This document shows, one piece after another, positions 43,203 through 47,636 of a DNA stretch of 47,636 nucleotides; position 1 is the stretch's first letter; each line of letters opens with the position of its first letter. The notes under the pieces are model-generated. The model was given only the letters and a program-made list of their open reading frames with translations, did not search any database and was not told where the DNA came from. Origin of the DNA: a virus. The stretch lies in IMG/VR virus record IMGVR_UViG_3300045136_000099. One strand, written 5' to 3'. The translations under genes and the position numbers were made by a program.

Positions 43203-43943
43203 ATGTCCGCAGATAAGGTTGACACTCTCCTTGCCCGTATTGCCGCGCTCGAGGCTAAGCTCGCCGCGCAGCCGGCACCTCAGCCCGCACCCCAGACACA
43301 CTCGGGTCTCGATCCGCAGGTTCTTGCGCGGGCGCTCGCAGCTGACCCCGTCGGCACGATGGCTCAGCTCGGGGTGCCAGTCGATCATGTTTCCCGTGTA
43401 CTCGTCGCCCACACGCTGGGTGACGCCGCCCCGCCCGAGCTGAGGATGCTCGCGCAGCAGGGGCCGCTCGTGAGTGCCACGCAGGCCCTCGCTTCTGACC
43501 TCGCAGCTGTGCGCCAGCGGCTCGAGTCGTTCGAGAAGCGAGACCAGGTAGCCGCGCGTCGTGCAAGTTTCACCGCACTCGCAGCAGACAAGACCAAGTA
43601 CCCACGCCTCAGCGCCGTGATGGAAAAGAACCCCGAGCTGTTCATCAGCGAGGTGGACGCTTTCCAGGGGAACACGGACGCTCTCGCCGCCGAGATCGAG
43701 CGTCGCCTCGAAGCGACCGCCGTAGCACTCGGCGCTACCCCGCCCGCGAGTACGGAACACGCGGAGAATGCACCGGACCAGAGCACGCAGGTCAAGCAGG
43801 CGCAGTCGGGCGTCAGTGGGTTCGATCCCACGCCGCCACCGCTCTCTCAAGGCAAGTCGGGTGTGTGGACTCAGGACATGCACCAGGAAGCGAAGGAGCG
43901 GGTTCTCCGCAAGTACGCACCTGAGGAACTCGCGGGCCGCTAA
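43203..43943 (+). CDS. Scaffolding protein
   Basis: Helical, A/Q/E-rich 246-aa ORF between portal and capsid. GAGAAGG lies upstream of the ATG. Confidence 0.65.
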   Translation: MSADKVDTLLARIAALEAKLAAQPAPQPAPQTHSGLDPQVLARALAADPVGTMAQLGVPVDHVSRVLVAHTLGDAAPPELRMLAQQGPLVSATQALASDLAAVRQRLESFEKRDQVAARRASFTALAADKTKYPRLSAVMEKNPELFISEVDAFQGNTDALAAEIERRLEATAVALGATPPASTEHAENAPDQSTQVKQAQSGVSGFDPTPPPLSQGKSGVWTQDMHQEAKERVLRKYAPEELAGR

Positions 43944-43976
43944 CAGATAGCTTAACGGCAGGCCCGTTGGGGCTGA

Positions 43977-45221
43977 ATGCCTTCAATCAACTACGGTCAG
44001 GCGAACCAGAGTGCCCTGGCCGACTACTTCATCGAGCGGTTCAACATCGTCGGTCGCGATGTCGAGTACGCGAAGAACCGCCCGACGCTGAGCTTCCTCC
44101 CTCGTGACACCGAGGCGCTGAAGCGCGGCAACTATTTCGACGAGACCCTCCGCATCGCCAACGGCTTCACCGGATCACCGGATTGGGTCGAGGGTAACAA
44201 GAACTACACCCCGAGCAAGACGGTCAAGTGGCGCGTCGGTGATCCCTATGCGCAGTACGGCCGGCTGACGTTCGACACCCTTGCGCTCGCGCGCAACCCG
44301 CTCGGCACGCTGATCGACATCAAGGGCGCGGAGGCCGATGGCGTCCGCGACGAGATGCTGAACACCTGCGAGTTCGAGCTGTGGAACGACGGTTCGGGCC
44401 ATCGCGGTACGGTGTCGGCGCTTGGTGGTACGGCTTCGAGCCGCGTCATCACGCTGACGAACGTCGGTGATGTCTACAACTTCCCCTACGGTGCGATCCT
44501 CGCTCCATACACCTCGGGTGGTTCGGCGCGCACCGACAAGTACAAGGTCGTCGACCTCGACCCGGTGAACGGCAAGCTCACGGCGGATCGCGTGAGCGGT
44601 TCGGCGAATGACCTCGCGGCGACGGACAAGCTGTACGTCGTCGGCTCGAAGGACGCCTACATGCCGGGCATCCCGACGTTCATCCCGGACACGGCGCCGA
44701 GCGACACGCTGTACGGCGTGACTCGTACCGGCAACCCGGCTCTGTCGGGCTGGCGGTTCCCGTTCCGCTCGAGCATCAGCGAGACCATCCAGCGCGCGTT
44801 CGCGACGATGGGCCGCTGGGTGAATCGGGCGGCGGGTAAGTTCGTCGTGTGCCTCTCGACCACGGACTGGCTGCTCCTTTCGATGGAGCGCGAGGGCCGC
44901 GTGTTCGAGGATCCGGGGGCGATGCAGAAGTGGGGCCTGGAGGGCCTGACCGTTCGCACGCCGTTTGGTCCGATCACCTGCATCGCGATTCCGCAGCTGC
45001 CGGACGGGCGCGGCTACATCATCGACTGGAGCTCCTGGAAGCTCTACACGCTGAAGAACATGCCGCACGTTGTCGACGAGGACGGCCTCACCTTCGTGCG
45101 CCTCGGTATCGACACGCCGGACGGCTACAAGAACGGCGACGCAATCGCCATGCAGTTCCGGATCTGGAAGGTGCTGCTCTGCCTCCAGCCGATGAGCAAC
45201 GCGACCTTCCCGACGGCCTAA
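43977..45221 (+). CDS. Major capsid protein
   Basis: 414-aa ORF after the scaffold gene. The module ends at the strong terminator at 45677. Confidence 0.75.
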   Translation: MPSINYGQANQSALADYFIERFNIVGRDVEYAKNRPTLSFLPRDTEALKRGNYFDETLRIANGFTGSPDWVEGNKNYTPSKTVKWRVGDPYAQYGRLTFDTLALARNPLGTLIDIKGAEADGVRDEMLNTCEFELWNDGSGHRGTVSALGGTASSRVITLTNVGDVYNFPYGAILAPYTSGGSARTDKYKVVDLDPVNGKLTADRVSGSANDLAATDKLYVVGSKDAYMPGIPTFIPDTAPSDTLYGVTRTGNPALSGWRFPFRSSISETIQRAFATMGRWVNRAAGKFVVCLSTTDWLLLSMEREGRVFEDPGAMQKWGLEGLTVRTPFGPITCIAIPQLPDGRGYIIDWSSWKLYTLKNMPHVVDEDGLTFVRLGIDTPDGYKNGDAIAMQFRIWKVLLCLQPMSNATFPTA

Positions 45222-45248
45222 TCCATGTGGAATAGGTAAGGAGGTCAA

Positions 45249-45668
45249 ATGATCCAGTATCCACTGCATGGATCCTACTCGCCGAGCCAGCTCGTGATGG
45301 TCGGCGCGTTCAAGACGGTCACCTCGGGCAACCCGACGGTTCTGCGCGACGGCACGAAGGTGTCGGCCTCGCAGAAGATGTTCTCGGTGACCCGCAACTC
45401 GGCGGGTCTCTACACCGTGACGTTCGCGTCCGGTTTCCCGCTCCCGAGGCTCCCGTTCATCTACGCGACGCTTCACCAGGCGGCGGCACCCACGAACGAT
45501 GCGGTGCTGCACGTGGTGCGCGACAGCTGGAACACGTCCACGCGATCGTTCCAGGTGCAAATCCAGACGAACGGTACGACTCCGGCGGCCACCGACGGTG
45601 ACGCTGGTGACGTGGTCTCGTTCATGCTCGTCGGCGCGATCGACTCGGTCGGCGTCGACCCGGCGTAA
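45249..45668 (+). CDS. Capsid-associated (decoration-like) protein, 139 aa
   Basis: AAGGAGG lies 5 nt before the ATG. Lies between the capsid gene and the terminator. Confidence 0.5.
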   Translation: MIQYPLHGSYSPSQLVMVGAFKTVTSGNPTVLRDGTKVSASQKMFSVTRNSAGLYTVTFASGFPLPRLPFIYATLHQAAAPTNDAVLHVVRDSWNTSTRSFQVQIQTNGTTPAATDGDAGDVVSFMLVGAIDSVGVDPA

Positions 45669-45676
45669 GAGGTCCT

Positions 45677-45733
45677 ACAGCACCCCAGCCCAACGAGAGT
45701 TGGGGTGCTGTGTGATTGTCTTACGCCTTTTCT
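45677..45733 (+). terminator. Stem-loop built from an inverted GCACCCC/GGGGTGC pair, with a downstream CCTTTTCT
   Basis: ACAGCACCCCA-(13 nt)-TGGGGTGCTGT, then GTGATTGTCTTACGCCTTTTCT. Confidence 0.6.
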
Positions 45734-45741
45734 GAGGGCTA

Positions 45742-46824
45742 ATGCAGTTCGTTGTCAGTGATCTCATCAAAGCAGCGCGCGTTTACAAGGACGACGACCA
45801 CGGCGACGAGGACGCGTGGCTTGACGACGCGGACTGGCTTCGGCTGTTCAACGTCGAGTACGCGAGCCTCTATCCGCGTTGGGTGCGCGCCGGGCTGATC
45901 GTTCCGGACTACGTTGACAAGATTCTCCAGGGGCGGACCACCGCTCTAAACAGCGTACTTGCCATTAGTGGCGTGGCTCGCAAGGACGGCACTCGCTGGT
46001 ACCCGCTCGAGCACCTTCAGCCGCGCCTTGGCCGCGCACCGTTTCTCAACGAGGACACCGGCACGTCGGTTGGCTGGCTGGCTCGCGGGGCCGGCGACAA
46101 CTTCACGCTCGAGCTCACCCCGCCGCCGAACAACTTGCAGTATACGGCCCCGTCGAACGGCACCCCGGCCACGCTGGACATGAGCACCGTGCTCGGTCAA
46201 GGTCTGATGTCGATCGACACTGTGTTGCGGATGAAGACGCCCGGCACCACCGAGATCGGTATCCGCCTGATCCCGGACGCGGTAGGCGGTGACCCCTACT
46301 GGACGCAGCAGAGCGCGGTCGAGTGGCGCTACCATTGGGACTGGACGGCGCACGACACGGAGGACTTCGAGGCGTCCATCGCCGCCGATTCCTCGCTGCC
46401 GTTTGAGGTCGCGACGCCATCGACGGTCAACGAGGCGTGGACCAACTGGAACGACATCCAGAGTCGCACGCTCTGGGCGGTGCAGTTCGTCGGTGGTACC
46501 GAGCCAGTGGAGGAGGCTGGCAACTACTACGTTCGCTACTACGTGCGACCGGACTACTTCACCAGCGCCAGCGATACCGTCGAGCTGCCGTACGGAGTCG
46601 ACGAGCGCATCGTCCTCGGCATGGCGGATCGCGCCGGTATCAAGGACTCAACGGTCAGCCGCAACATCAAGGAGCTGAAGTTCGAGCACGACGCGCAGCT
46701 GAACTTCCTGATCTTCGGGCGCGGCGACGGTCCGCGTGTGCGCCGGATCAATCGCACCCCGCTTCGCACTGACAGGTTCGCGAGCCCGTTCCCGACGGAT
46801 CCTCGCTACTGGCTCTACGTCTAA
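45742..46824 (+). CDS. Virion protein (adaptor/tail-proximal candidate), 360 aa
   Basis: ORF between the capsid module and the fibre gene. Confidence 0.55.
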   Translation: MQFVVSDLIKAARVYKDDDHGDEDAWLDDADWLRLFNVEYASLYPRWVRAGLIVPDYVDKILQGRTTALNSVLAISGVARKDGTRWYPLEHLQPRLGRAPFLNEDTGTSVGWLARGAGDNFTLELTPPPNNLQYTAPSNGTPATLDMSTVLGQGLMSIDTVLRMKTPGTTEIGIRLIPDAVGGDPYWTQQSAVEWRYHWDWTAHDTEDFEASIAADSSLPFEVATPSTVNEAWTNWNDIQSRTLWAVQFVGGTEPVEEAGNYYVRYYVRPDYFTSASDTVELPYGVDERIVLGMADRAGIKDSTVSRNIKELKFEHDAQLNFLIFGRGDGPRVRRINRTPLRTDRFASPFPTDPRYWLYV

Positions 46825-46826
46825 CA

Positions 46827-47636
46827 GTGATTAAGACCCACGCTCTCGTCCACGGCATTAACGACGTTCCCACGCAACGGGCGTTCCGGCAGCTGGAGCT
46901 CACCATCAATGAGCACCACAATGCCATTAGCACCCTCCAGTCAAACGTCGCCAACATTCAGGGCGGTGTGGGAGCGGTCAACAGTGTCAACGCCGGCAGC
47001 AACATGGTCTCCGTGTCGCCGACCTCCGGTGATGTCGTGGTGGACGTGGTGCCGGCGAACTTCAGCGGCATCCCGCAGTCGGCCATCACGAGCTTGACGG
47101 CTGACCTGGCTGCGATGCAGAGCGAGATCGACGGGAAGATCGACGAAGTCATCGCCGGGACCAACCTCTCTGGCGGCGGCACTTCGGGCTCGGTCACGCT
47201 GAACGTGGTGGATAGCCCGACGTTCGCAGGCAACGTCACGGTTCAAGGGGCCACTGGTTTTACGGTTTCAACACCGTTGGGAACCTCGCCGGCAATCAAT
47301 TGGCGGCAGGGAACGCTACAGACGTGGAAACTGTATCAAGTTCCTTCAAATCACACGCTTGCGCTTGACAACAGTTCGGGCGGTAACGTTGCGCAGTTTA
47401 CGTCTGATGCTATTACATGGCAAAAGCCGACCACGTTTATTCAGTATGCTCAATGGGGGTCCTTGGGACCATATTTGACGACTGATCAGACCCTTAATTT
47501 TGGGCGCGATTCCACTGGCGTTGTTGACGGTTATATTAACTATTACGGCTATAACGGCGGTATTACGCAGTTTCGCAACTTGCGTATTTGTGACGGCAAA
47601 GGGGCTGATATTGCGAAATTCACTGGCAGTACCAAG
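46827..47636 (+). CDS. Tail fibre, N-terminal part (continues through the window end into 2..2800)
   Basis: GTG at 46827 (MIKTHALVHGINDVPTQRAF...). No stop before the window end. Same frame as 2..2800 after removing the 127-bp overlap. Confidence 0.8.
   Translation, partial: MIKTHALVHGINDVPTQRAFRQLELTINEHHNAISTLQSNVANIQGGVGAVNSVNAGSNMVSVSPTSGDVVVDVVPANFSGIPQSAITSLTADLAAMQSEIDGKIDEVIAGTNLSGGGTSGSVTLNVVDSPTFAGNVTVQGATGFTVSTPLGTSPAINWRQGTLQTWKLYQVPSNHTLALDNSSGGNVAQFTSDAITWQKPTTFIQYAQWGSLGPYLTTDQTLNFGRDSTGVVDGYINYYGYNGGITQFRNLRICDGKGADIAKFTGSTK
47510..47636. repeat. Terminal direct repeat, right copy (identical to 1-127)
   Basis: Read directly. Confidence 0.95.

Noticed and set aside
43147-43443. 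98-aa ORF starting at the TAATG after the portal gene
   Set aside because: Almost all of it overlaps the scaffold gene in another frame, and its translation becomes Ser/Pro/Arg-rich. At most a very short coupling ORF could be real.
1-47636. CRISPR arrays, transposases/IS elements, rRNA genes, a phage RNA polymerase, and tail tube/sheath/tape-measure genes
   Set aside because: None seen. There are no regularly spaced direct repeats, no DDE/IS-like ORFs and no single-subunit RNAP-sized ORF. The promoters I found are host sigma70-type.

Overview
This window is one complete dsDNA tailed-phage genome of about 47.5 kb, high GC (roughly 62% by eye). It closes on itself: bases 1-127 are identical to 47510-47636, and a tail-fibre gene of about 1160 aa reads through that junction. 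There are no tail tube, sheath or tape-measure genes, but there are several very large internal-virion-like proteins, so the phage looks podovirus-like. A tyrosine integrase suggests a temperate lifestyle, and spanins with lipoboxes suggest a Gram-negative host. Layout: the + strand late operon starts at terS (38.3 kb) and runs through a GNAT-like gene, terL, portal, scaffold, capsid and fibre. It crosses the window junction and continues through virion and ejection-like proteins, spanins and a protease lipoprotein to 15.79 kb. It converges at a terminator pair (15.79-15.89 kb) with a - strand early/middle operon running from 36.67 to 15.84 kb. That operon encodes an AAA+ ATPase, a kinase-like protein, the integrase, an ERF / Cas4-like exonuclease / SSB recombination set and a DnaB-like helicase. 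It also encodes several nucleotide hydrolases, a family-A DNA polymerase, MazG, an RNA ligase, an M23 endolysin, a Dam-like protein and an HNH endonuclease. Between the divergent operon starts (36.7-38.3 kb) is a dense non-coding control region. It holds two perfect sigma70-consensus promoters, a small lipoprotein moron and an initiator-type tRNA(CAU). Two tandem tRNA-shaped RNAs follow the tRNA; their loops are identical and their stems differ but stay paired, and they are the most unusual item in the window. The 8-mer GCACCCCT/AGGGGTGC is also strongly over-represented, in all frames and on both strands, and it sits in the long arm of both tRNA-shaped RNAs. All protein calls rest on motifs I recognise in the supplied translations. 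No searches were run, and counts and expectations are by-eye estimates.
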